Assembly (NCBI GenBank): GCA_043228905.1
Contig: JBHGNT010000002.1
Location: 19,344,001 to 19,408,000, forward strand
Direction: 5' to 3'
Length of the DNA: 64,000 nt
DNA from: Azolla caroliniana
Lineage: Eukaryota; Plantae; Polypodiophyta
The position numbers were made by a program, and so were the translations under genes. The notes beneath the pieces were generated by a model, which did not search any database, was not told where the DNA came from, and saw only the letters and a program-made list of their open reading frames with translations. Positions 54,217 through 64,000 of this stretch are shown here, piece after piece; the first letter of the stretch is position 1; the number at the start of each line of letters is the position of its first letter.

Positions 54217-55250
54217 TCTCCGCTTTCACCCCCGAGGGTCTCGCGGTTCCGCTCATGGTTCGGCCTCACCGTCAGGAACTGGACCGAGTGGCTCCCATCC
54301 TGGCTCTTGACCCTCGCATAGGCCAAGCCGTTGTCCAGCACCTTGGTCTCCATTCGTGCTGCCGTGATGTATGGTTCTCCGAGTATAACCGGATGTGAGG
54401 ACGTCTCCTGCACGAAGAAGTGCTGGTCAATCTCGACATCGCCGATCTTTACTCGTACGTTCGGGCAGGCTTCATGCAGTTCCTCGGTGGCACGCGTTGC
54501 CGCCCGTATTTTCCACCCGTGCTTGGTGTTGATCGGCCATTTTCCCTTCTTAAAGAAGTCCATGGACATCAAATTGATTTCTGAACCGTGGTCCACCAAT
54601 GCCACCACTGGTTCATGAACATCTCCGATCTTCACGGGGGTCTCCGTAGTCGCTCTGGCCCAGTGCGGCCTCCAATAGTGGCTCTCCGCCAACTCGTCTT
54701 CCAACGCCATGTCCTCTATGTGCGTCGTCCGCACCTCCACCGGCTTCTCCGGTTCTGTCTCCGTCGACAGCCTCTTCCTCTTCACCAAGTCTACGATGGA
54801 GTCGTGGAACTCCTTCTTGGCGATCCCAAGCACTTCCCTCAGCGACAGTTCCACCTTGCTGTCGAGGATTCGTTCTTCCAGGACCTTTCGCAGGTCCGTG
54901 GATCTTTCGATTTCTGTGCCTAACCGGTACCCGCCCTTCTTGGGATTATCCTGGGCGCCGAGTACACCGGCCTCATTCTGCCTTTGCCCGAATCGAGTTT
55001 CATATCGCTGCGAGGGCCCGGCCCCTCCAGTTTTCCCTACCCGCTTGTCCTCTACCAGAGCCTCATAGTTTTGACAAGCGGCTTCGACGAAGCCCGTCTT
55101 TTCTTCCACCGGGTCACTCCACCCGGTTACCTCCCGGACCCGTTTTTCCGCGCGGTCCACCTCTTCTTTCCTCAGCCGCGCGCTGTCGAGGCCTTCCAGC
55201 ATCGTCGGCCTGAACCCGGCTCTGTTCGTCTTCGGGGCCTCGCCACCTAC

Positions 55251-56070
55251 TGACGGGAACTCAACACTCCTTATGCACAATGCTCGGCCACAACCGAGAT
55301 TCTTTTCATACACAGGAAACAGGAAACGAAAACACGCGACACAAAGGAGAGAAAAGGGTACATAGAATGTTTACGTGGAAAACCCAAAGAGCGAAAAACC
55401 ACGGCAGCCCACAGCCTGCAAACTATCACTAAGTTGGAATGTACAAAACAGTGAGTTCACGAAGGCAACGACCTCGTGCTCACGATCTTCGCCACAGGCG
55501 GCGGTTACAACAGAGGCATCGACCTCTTTCTCTCTCTCTCTCTGTACACTGTTACGTGCTCTCTCTTCTTCTTGCACCAACAAGAAAATGACACAACAAC
55601 TGTAAAAGTTTGCCCTAAGTCATATTTATACTAATATGACTTTTCGGCTATTTACAAATGTAGCCTCGATGGGCTCTCAGAAACATATTTACGAATATGT
55701 CTCTTCCTCCGGTTCGCACTGGGTCTGCGTCATCCGGCTCTCCGTAGCCGGGTGCTCCTCATCCGGTTCTCACCGGTTCTGCACCATCCGGCTCTCCGTA
55801 GCTGGGTACTCCTCATCCGGTTCACACCGGGCCTGCACCATCCGGCTCTCCGTAGCTGGGTACTCCTCATCCGGTTCACACCGGGCCTGCACCATCCGGC
55901 TCTCCGTAGCTGGTTACTCCTCATCCGGTTCACACCGGGCCTGCACCATCCGGCTCTCCGTAGCCGGGTACTCCTCATCCGGTTTCGGCCTTGGCCTATC
56001 GGCCTCGGCCGAGATTGTTCGTCGGCACTGTTCTTCTCCCTTCCCATCCGGAGGGACCTGTCTCCCAACA
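55251..56070 (-). mobile_element. Copia-type solo LTR of the same family, with a 54-bp minisatellite
   Basis: Same termini as 52185-52962. TSD CCTAC/CCTCC. Confidence 0.92.
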
Positions 56071-57152
56071 CCTCCGACCTGAATACCAGCTGACGTCGAG
56101 TAGTGGACGGTCTCCGCGTGACGAGCCGCCTCCTCCTCCATCAGCCTTTTCATACCCCCTCGCCCGACGTTCAGGTTCAGGGCCCTTCGGGTCTCGCTGG
56201 CGTGCACCCGTCCGTTCCACAGGTACACCATGTTGCTTCTCATCGCCTCGGCGAAGTCCCCGCAGTCCTTCTGGATGTGCCCAACCGCGTCACACCACAT
56301 GCACTTGTTTTCAGCCAGAGGTCGTCGGTCATGGGCCTGTTCGCCACCATCCTTTACCATCCGCGTCAGCTCCTCTAGAGCTGCTCCCCCGGACGAGCCC
56401 TTGACCATGCTGGTTGAAGCCGACCCGGTCTCGAGGCAATCTCGGGTCTCTTCCCTTCCCGTTGGTGGTGTTGGCTCGAGCTTCCTTGCTGCGATAGAGC
56501 CTGCCCCTGTCGATCCTTACTCAGCCCATTCCCGCCGTTTGTCGAAACGGCCACAGACCCTTTTCACTACGGCCCAGTTGGCCGTCAGCCCGTCATCAGT
56601 CTCCAATAGGAGGCCTACCTGCTCCCGATCCCGCTCGTCAACCGACTTAACAAACAATAGGACATGGCTTGTGTCCAGAACAGTCCGGTCAAGTACCGAG
56701 AGGCGCGCGAAGCGTTCCTCAAACTCCCGAAGGAGCACTGACGCGTTCCTTCCTTTGTCGGGGGCCTCCACCCACTTCATGAAGTCCCGCTTCAAAAGTC
56801 GAAGCGTATCTTCAAGCCCGTATCTTTCGAGGAGCCGACCTTCAAACTCCTCCCAGGTCCGGCTCTCGGCCTGTACCTCGAGCACCTCCGTATGGATACC
56901 CGGCATCGCCACTCGAGGGAATCCGGCTAGACACCTCTCTTCCGGAATGTCCCTCATTACCATCTTAGCCCGGTAGGACGCCAAGTAGCTCGTGGCATCC
57001 TTTCCACTAAACCGGGCCGATCGTACCGACAACCGCCTCGATAGCCCTATCAAGGGCGCCAGTGCCTTCGCGCGCACTCACTATCCGGTCTACAGCCGAA
57101 GCCATGGCTTCTGCGAGGTCCGACCCCCTCATCTTCTACTCCTCTGCCGCCT

Positions 57153-57170
57153 TTCACGTCGGGTTCACCA
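57153..57170 (-). promoter_or_regulatory. Primer-binding site complementary to tRNA-Trp
   Basis: TGGTGAACCCGACGTGAA, 4 nt downstream of the 5' LTR. It is the complement of the plant tRNA-Trp 3' end (...UUCACGUCGGGUUCA-CCA), recalled from memory. Confidence 0.85.
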
Positions 57171-58589
57171 AATATGTCGCGTTGCTACGTGCGTGCATGG
57201 AGAAGGGCGGGACCACGGGGGTCTTGGACTAAGGAGTAGAGGAGAAGGAGGAGAGCAGAAAGGCAACAGACCCTCTTACACACGCACTGACACGGGAGCA
57301 CATAAGAATCACAATCCAACAACACAGCAAAACGAGACGACCAGAAGTCCGAGTATATAAACACGTATGTATATTAATATAAGTATAAATATCGAGACGG
57401 CTACAACTAACAGGACGGCAAGGCGAACACACCGAAGCATGTTCACTCACGCAAAAAAAGAGCGAGATGGAGATTCTACCGGAAGCACACGGGCGTTCCA
57501 CGGGACAGAATCAGCCTCCCGAGAGCCTGCGCAAAGAAGGCTATGGAGAATGACAGAGAAGAAGAGCTTGGTCCCAGTCTGACAGCACTTCGTTCCCTCT
57601 AGCGCGCGATCCCTTTTCTCTCCCCGTCTCCTTCTCTTTTATAGCTCAAGGAGGGAGGCCGTCTCACCCGTTTACATCACATTAACTCTCTGTCCTTTCG
57701 GGCAGAGATACTCCTCGATTTCCCTTACAGAATATTGCTACCTAAGATTTAACCTTTGTGCCTACCCATCCACCGTACAACAAGGGACGTGCCCACGTGA
57801 AAGGGCCGGTTCACACACACTATACACGGTTTGCGCCTGGGGACGGTTCTCTTCACGACAACGCCGATTACCTAGCATGGGAGCAAGCGGCAAGCCGTTT
57901 GTTGTATTGCATGACATCATACGTTCATGATCACGTGCTTGGCTATATCTGAGAGGCTAAGATGTTGAAGGAAGCTTGGGGGAACCTCAAGAAGATTTTC
58001 GTGGCCAACACAACTGTATGTAAACTTCAACTTTGTCAAGGGTTAAATAACATCCAACAAAGGGACATGTCGATCGCAAGCTAAACCTTGAAGATCAAGG
58101 AGTTGTGTGACTCCCTCGGCATGATCAATATTAACATTGTCGATGATGAAATGGTGTAAATATGCCTCGGCGGCCTAGCACCCCCTTTCGGCATGATGAG
58201 ATCGGTTGTCCTCGCAAGGGAGAATCCTCCCTCCTTCTTCGATATCTAGTCGATATTACGGGTCGAAGAAAATCACGTCCGATCAAGGAGCACCGGCTCA
58301 GAAGCGCACATGATCTACTCGCATTCAGATGGAGGAAGAGGACATGATAATGCAAGAAGAGGTTGAATTGGCCAAGGACAATGAGGACGAAGTTTGATCC
58401 ATGAAAACAATTCCCACTACCGACAAAATGGTGGACATGCATGAGGAATGTTCGGCAGAAAGGGGAGCCACCATGCCGGACCAAGCCTACAAAACAACTC
58501 TATTGAATGTGGATATTGTGGGAAATTCGGCCATTATGAGGAAGAGCGCCAAAAGAAGAAGAGTGAGTCGACAATTCATACTTCTCGGG

Positions 58590-59235
58590 CGGCAACTTGC
58601 TCAACCATCACCCATCGAGTTGGAGTCTGGCAATGTGTATGAAGGTGAAGAAATCCTCGACTCCAAGTTTCTATGTCGAAAACTTTATTATTTGGTACAT
58701 TGGAAAGGATACCTGATATCTGAATCTACTTGGAAACCTCACCTCCATTTGAGGATTTCCATCTTCGTTATCCACACAAGCTTGCGCCGCCTGGAAGTCG
58801 GCGCTAAACAGGGGGGATAATGTCACGGACATGACAACGGTCGTGTCAAGATCTGAACTCGTGATCTCTTGAGTTATAATCGAGTGTTATGTGTTAACCA
58901 ACATGCCCAATATATAGTCATATGCACAATTGTTTCTTGTAGCTTTAAGATAGCATCCAAGCATAATTGCTCCATTGTATTATTCACATTTGGCACATGC
59001 ATGTGTACATACATGCTCTAGTGTATCAGATGCATGCAACAAGCATGGATGCCGCTTGGTATAAATATTTGAGTTCACCTTGAATGGATAGAAGGTGAAC
59101 AACACCAGTTAATGATACTAGCTCCTTAACTTGTCAATCGTGTCTTGCTTTTCAATAGTGTCTTTGTAGCGCTTTTAGGCTTGTCGATCGCATCCTTGTA
59201 GTATTCTTGTAGCTCAGATTCTTCTGTCCTTAACA
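58590..59235 (+). mobile_element. Chromovirus 3' end: chromodomain, PPT and LTR (58821-59235)
   Basis: YEGEEILDSK...YYLVHWKGY...STWKP. PPT AGGGGGGATAA, then TGTCAC...TTAACA. Confidence 0.85.
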
Positions 59236-60155
59236 GAGGGCTTCGCATTGGGCAGTGGCGGATGACATGGCCGGGGGTACCACAATAGAGGCAGAGGCCA
59301 TTGTCACGTCCATGTTGTTGTTGGGCATTAGTTAATGGTTGGAACCGAGCACGGTCGATCTCCATTGGGGCATGGGGATCGACCTCCATCTGGGTATGAG
59401 TATCATTGGAGGATGGCAACCGTGGCGTGGTTGGTGAAACTGGTACGTGTGACCTTGTGATGTGAGCGTTGTGGGAGGAAACTGAAATCCTTGAGTCTTG
59501 ACATCGTTTTGGAGGCCTCGACGAAAATGGTGGCGTAAGGCTAGGTCATCCCAGTTGACATCACACGCGATTTGACAAACTCTGAAGCATAGACGGAGGC
59601 TAGACGAGAGTCTTGTTATAGGGAATAGAGCTTCGTGAGTGCCATTCATCGCTGGTATGTCTCTCCAAATGTGGCTTCAAGCTTTGCAAGGAAGGCAAGA
59701 AAGTTTTCTAAGAGTGGGGATGAGGTTTTGATCAATGGCACAAACCATGCTTGTGCCGGTCCGGAGAGAAGTGTGCCAAAGAGGCCGACCCAAGAGAAAT
59801 CTCTAGCATAATGTTGGGGTTGTAAACCGATGATAAGACGAATTTGGTTGATGAAACCGTGAAGATGCGCCCTCAAGCTGTTGAATTTGTCGGCTAGGTT
59901 GATGCTAGGTTCGAGAACATATGGATGGGAAGAGGAAGGGGTTGGGCTATGTGCTAATGGAGGGTGAGGCTCAATGGGTGGGGGTTGTTAGATGTGCCAT
60001 TTTGAAGCTCTTGTAAAGATCCATGAAGGATTTCATTTTCTAGTTGAAGTTGTTCCAAGGCTGCCATTACTTGGTTTAAGTTGTTGATAGAGTCAAACAT
60101 GGTAGCAAGAAGAATGAAGGTGAACAAACTATCATGGATGAGTAGACGTGGTTAA

Positions 60156-60196
<41 letters not shown>

Positions 60197-60536
60197 AAGA
60201 AAGAGAGAGAGAATATAGACAAAAGAACAAGAACTGATATTATGCTTCCATAACTGGTGTTGTTCACCTTCATTGTAATCAAGTTGCACCCAAGTATTTA
60301 TACAAGAATGTGGAGGTATGCATGTAAGCTAGGAAACTTCTAGAGAGTGCATGACGATGCATTCTCTAGAAGTTTCTTGAAAGTTCTAGTGATTAATTTA
60401 TGTAATAAGTTGAATCTTATACAATACAATAATGTATAGATGGATGTAGCTCAATTGGTAAGGTTGCCCAATAAGACCAAGAGGTCATGGGTTCAACCCC
60501 CTACATATCATCGTGGCATCCTACCTAACTATGACA
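59236..60536 (-). mobile_element. Chromovirus 5' end: LTR (60130-60536) and gag remnant
   Basis: LTR TGTCAT...ATGATA. Gag GTLLSGPAQAWF, PMEID, CLYCGTPGHVIRHCP. Shares GAAGGTGAACAACACCAGTTA with the 58821 LTR. Confidence 0.85.
60440..60510 (+). other. tRNA-like (Pol III A/B box) cassette inside a chromovirus LTR, antisense to the element
   Basis: A box TAGCTCAATTGG (60447), variable-loop-like GAGGTC, B box GGTTCAACCC (60490). Spacing is tRNA-like but the stems are degenerate. Confidence 0.65.
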
Positions 60537-63335
60537 CTTATTAGCTCGAAGGCATTTCAGCTTTTGATCGGATTGGTTCTCTATCATGGCATGCCATTCC
60601 TGGAAGATCAAGAAGACTCGATCTTTGGTTCTTGTTGGATAAGCCCACACTTTCCTGCTCGAGTCATCAATGAATCTGATGAAGTAGGAGGCGCCACCAA
60701 GGAACTGATGTGGCATCGGGCCATAGATGTCCGAATGGACTAAATCAAGTGGACTTGATTCTCTTCGTGATGCCGTCAGGTGTGAGGCCTCTTCTCGGTC
60801 CTTGGTTCTTGCTGGATAAGCCCACACTTTCTTGGTTGAGTCATCAATGAATCTGATGAAGTAGGGGGCGCCACCAAGGAACTGATGTGGCATCGGGCCA
60901 TAGAAGTCCGAATGGACTAAATCAAGTGGACTTGATTCTCTTCGTGATGCCGTCAGGTGTGAGGTTGCGGCCTGCTTGCCATATTGGCAATGCTCGCAGA
61001 ACTAGTGATCCAAGAAGGAGAGTTTTGGGATATATCCGACTCTAGATAAATGTGTGATGCCGTCCTTGTTGAGGTATCCGAGTCGTCCATACCATAATAA
61101 CGACACAAGAATATCAACCAGGAACAACTCACCCTCTTTGAATGTGACATATAGTGGGTACAGAGAATGTACTTTTGGTCCTCGAGTAGGCAAGAGGTTC
61201 CCCCTGTGGAGTGTCCACCCTCCTGATGAGAAGCCAACACGGATGTCATCTTCATCCAATTGTCCGACTGAGATCAAAGTTCTTGAGAGCTCAAGTACAT
61301 GTCGGACATTGTGTAGTACTAATGTAGAACCATCAGGGAGATTTGAGTTCTACAGTGTTGATTCCGATGATTGTGCAATGTTGCGAGTTTCCAACTCGTA
61401 CTGAGCCGGAGTGTCAGGTTGAATATTACCGAAACTGGGATATGTAGGGGGTCACATGCTAGGATGCACCCGAATCCAAGAGCCATGTGCTCGATTCCTC
61501 AGTCGTGAGCAGAACTTCTGATTCGACTAGGTTTTCAATGGATAGTATGTTCAGGTCATTCGACAATATTTCGGTTGACGAGTCGACGTAATTGACTTCC
61601 TCATGTCGGCCACTCTTCTGATCAACTCATTGAGCATTATCGTTCTTATCTTGGAGTGCATGGCAATCGGCTTTTATGTGCCCGGGTTTCTTGCAATAGT
61701 TGCAGATTCGATTGTCCCGGGACTTGCTCTGACTTTGTTGATTGTTCGGTTGTCGGGAATAACTTCTTCCTCAATTGTTCAGTCAGTCAGTTGAACCTTG
61801 TACTACATAAACTTCATCTGTCGAATCTTTTGCAAATGATTTCCTCCAAGCTGCTTTAGTCAGTATTGCGCTCGTAACTTCAGAGTACTTCACAACGGTA
61901 GTAGAAACATCTGCACATAGTTGTGATGAAAGTTTCCCACAAAAGTGGGAGACTACCCATGAGCAACATTGTCATCCTTTGAGCCGAAATCCGGGAGCTT
62001 AAATTTTCGTACTCATTCAGGTGTGCCTGCACCGAGTCGGATTCTTTCATCCACAAGTTGTAGAGGTGCCGAATCAAATATATCTTTGTGGTGGCGACCT
62101 TCCTCTCGACAATGTTTTCCATAGTTGTAAAGCAGTAGAACATGATTGCACTATGAAGTACATTGACTCCGACAAGTGCATCCGAATTGTGGCACGAACA
62201 ATCCTGTCCAGCTTCTGTCATTTGTTCGGCTTGTATCCTTCTAGAACATTTTCAGTTTCGATGGGGTCGATTTTCCCCTTGACTATCAAATAGTCTTGCA
62301 TCTGCTCCTTCCAGAAGTTGAAGTTCAATCCATCGAACTTCCTTAGACTCATCTGTGATGAACTGGATGTTGATGCCATTTGTGTCGGCTTATTAGACTC
62401 TGTTTGGAGTTCACTACAAACGGTGGTGGGATGCAGCTGATTGGCTCACTCGATATCGGTCTAGTTGGATTCGAATGCAAGTCGAATCAACTTCGATTAT
62501 TGGCTGATTCTATCCGGAGTGGCTACAATCGGTCGAGTTAGCCGAGTTGAATATGAGTCTGTCGATTTGATTCCGACGCCAATTTCTAGATGTCGATCAC
62601 AAATTTTGTGTCGATTATCTAGGCCAATCCTGCTTTGAATGACTATGATCATGAGAGGGACGGAGCCGACTGGTCCCCCCAAATGTCATCTAGCCGAATG
62701 AGGCACGGACATGGGTAACTGTTCCCTGGAGCTGGATCTTTTTTTCGAGAGGTTACAACACATGAGTAGATAGTTTCTAACTTGGTAAAGCACGATCGAG
62801 GCCGATTTGATAGAGATTCCACTATGAGCAGCTGCAATCACAGAAGTAAGGTATTGCCGATTGGCCTACCTTAAGAGTGATCTAGCTCGGTGGAGTGCAA
62901 ATCTTTTGTTTTCTTTCTCTTCCCAAGATGAGATCTTGAACTCGAGTTCTTCAAGGGAGACGAAGCAAGAATGTTGTTGAAGACTGATGACGGTTGGCAG
63001 CGAGTTGAAGAACCTCAACTCTGATACCAAATGTTGGGAACTGAGACCATCAATGCGGAACATCAACAACACTTTGAGATGAAGATCACCAAGTGTACAA
63101 ATGAAAGCAAGATCAAAGAACAGAATGAGAGAGAGGGAGAGATCAAGAGACACACAATGTAACAGTTTTATTCAAAAATGGTTATGTAATACAATGGAGG
63201 CAACAATTCTCTAACAATAGCAACAACCCTATGAACTAGGTTACAAACCTTGTTATATAGTAACAGAGCTAGGGCAACTACCCCTTGACATATTTACATA
63301 AATGTCCTAAATCTAATTTTTTCAAGGGAACAATG
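60537..63335 (-). mobile_element. Copia 5' half (part of LTR from 63032, PBS-iMet, gag, protease, integrase N-terminus)
   Basis: PBS TGGTATCAGAG at 63019-63029. LDLVHSDIYGP. The LTR end resembles those at 17337 and 19792. 177-bp duplication in the integrase. Confidence 0.88.
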
Positions 63336-63595
63336 TGACGGGAACTCAACACTCCTTATGCACAATGCTCGGCCACAACCGAGCTTAGAATCATACACAA
63401 AAAACAGGAAATGAAAAAACACGCGGCACAAAGGAGAAGAAAAATGTACACAAGATGTTTACGTGGAAAAAACCACGGCAGCCCACAAGCTGCAAACTAT
63501 CACTATGTTAGAATGTACAACAGTGAGTTCACGGAGGCAACGACCTCGTGCTCACGATCTTCACCACAGGCAGCGGTTACAACAGAGGCAACGAC

Positions 63596-63627
<32 letters not shown>

Positions 63628-64000
63628 GTACACTGTTACGCGCTCTATCTTCTTCTTGCACCAACAAGAATAACAACAACAACAGTCACTATAAGTTTGC
63701 CCTAAGTCATATTTATACTAATATGACTTTTCGGATATTTACAAATATAGCCTCGATGGACTCTCAGAAACATATTTACGAATATCTCTCTTCATCCGGT
63801 GAGCATTCCTCACCGGGTCTGCACCATCCGGCTCTCCGTAGCGGGGCACTCCTCATCCGGTTCTCACCGGGTCTGCACCATCCGGCTCTCTGTAGCCGGG
63901 TACTCCTCATCCGGTTCTCACCGGGTCTGCACCATCCGGCTCTCCATAGCTGGGTACTCCTCATCCGGTTCTCACCGGGTCTGCACAATCCAGCTCTCCG
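63336..64000 (-). mobile_element. Copia-type LTR (same family as 52185/55251) inserted in another LTR; runs off the window
   Basis: Starts TGACGGGAACTCAACACTCC and carries the 54-bp minisatellite. Confidence 0.9.

Larger units (their letters stand above)
49188..57860 (-). mobile_element. Full-length non-chromovirus Ty3/Gypsy (fungal/Ylt1-like) containing two solo-LTR insertions
   Basis: LTRs 57175-57860 and 49188-49872. 4-bp TSD ACGC. PPT AGGTGGGGGCGGA. Gag (CMWCDAVGHIQKDC), protease (LVDHGSE), RT (DLYSGYDQ, LPQG, PFLDD), RNase H, integrase (HDSPWAGH...CESC, YNPEANGKVE). Confidence 0.95.
48591..58575 (+). mobile_element. 5' part of a related Copia (LTR 48591-48876, PBS, gag), interrupted by the Gypsy at 49188-57860
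   Basis: TGTAAC...GCTACA followed by TGGTATTATAGC. Gag MNTQMGSSLPSEKLDRNNF continues after 57864 as ADYLAWEQAASR. Confidence 0.85.

Noticed and set aside
55700-55985. CRISPR-like array or repeat protein (SGSHRACTIRLSVAGYSS)n
   Set aside because: It is a head-to-tail 54-bp minisatellite without unique spacers, inside an LTR in eukaryotic DNA. The ORFs are open only because the unit is stop-free and a multiple of 3.
52185-56070. One LTR element bounded by the 52185 and 55251 LTRs that captured RT/protease
   Set aside because: Each LTR has its own TSD, and removing each restores the host Gypsy reading frames. They are two independent solo LTRs.
53495-56976. Long plus-strand ORFs (271 aa, 248 aa) antisense to the Gypsy gag-pol
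   Set aside because: These are shadow ORFs expected opposite GC-rich coding sequence, and they have no recognisable motifs.
60440-60510. Genuine tRNA gene
   Set aside because: The acceptor, anticodon and T stems pair poorly and the sequence lies within an LTR. It is reported as a tRNA-like cassette instead.

Overview
Eukaryotic plant nuclear DNA, probably from a fern or another seed-free vascular plant (inferred from the TE lineages, the PPR fragment style and the P450 type). Most of the window is nested retroelements. The only intact host gene is an 8-exon, minus-strand CYP90A/CPD-like brassinosteroid P450 (22292-25875). The left end (1-11513) is a CATA-rich, Helitron-like unit. It carries same-strand fragments of rhomboid, RPS8, RPP3, SAM synthetase, PPR and LINE genes, and a full-length L1 is inserted into it (17-bp TSD). 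The rest holds several Copia elements (one full-length with TSD), Tcn1-like chromoviruses, a full-length fungal/Ylt1-like Ty3/Gypsy, solo LTRs, LINE remnants and a hAT MITE. The most notable signals are four. (i) The chromovirus LTRs begin with an antisense tRNA-like (Pol III A/B-box) cassette and appear to self-prime, and one 5' LTR starts almost exactly at the predicted primer cleavage point. (ii) The Ylt1-like element has a G_GAU_UUU slippery site plus pseudoknot, a -1 frameshift signal between protease and RT, together with a tRNA-Trp PBS and a 4-bp TSD. (iii) The multi-gene fragment mosaic. (iv) An unrecognised C-terminal domain on L1 ORF1. All family assignments come from motif recognition by eye; no database searches were run.
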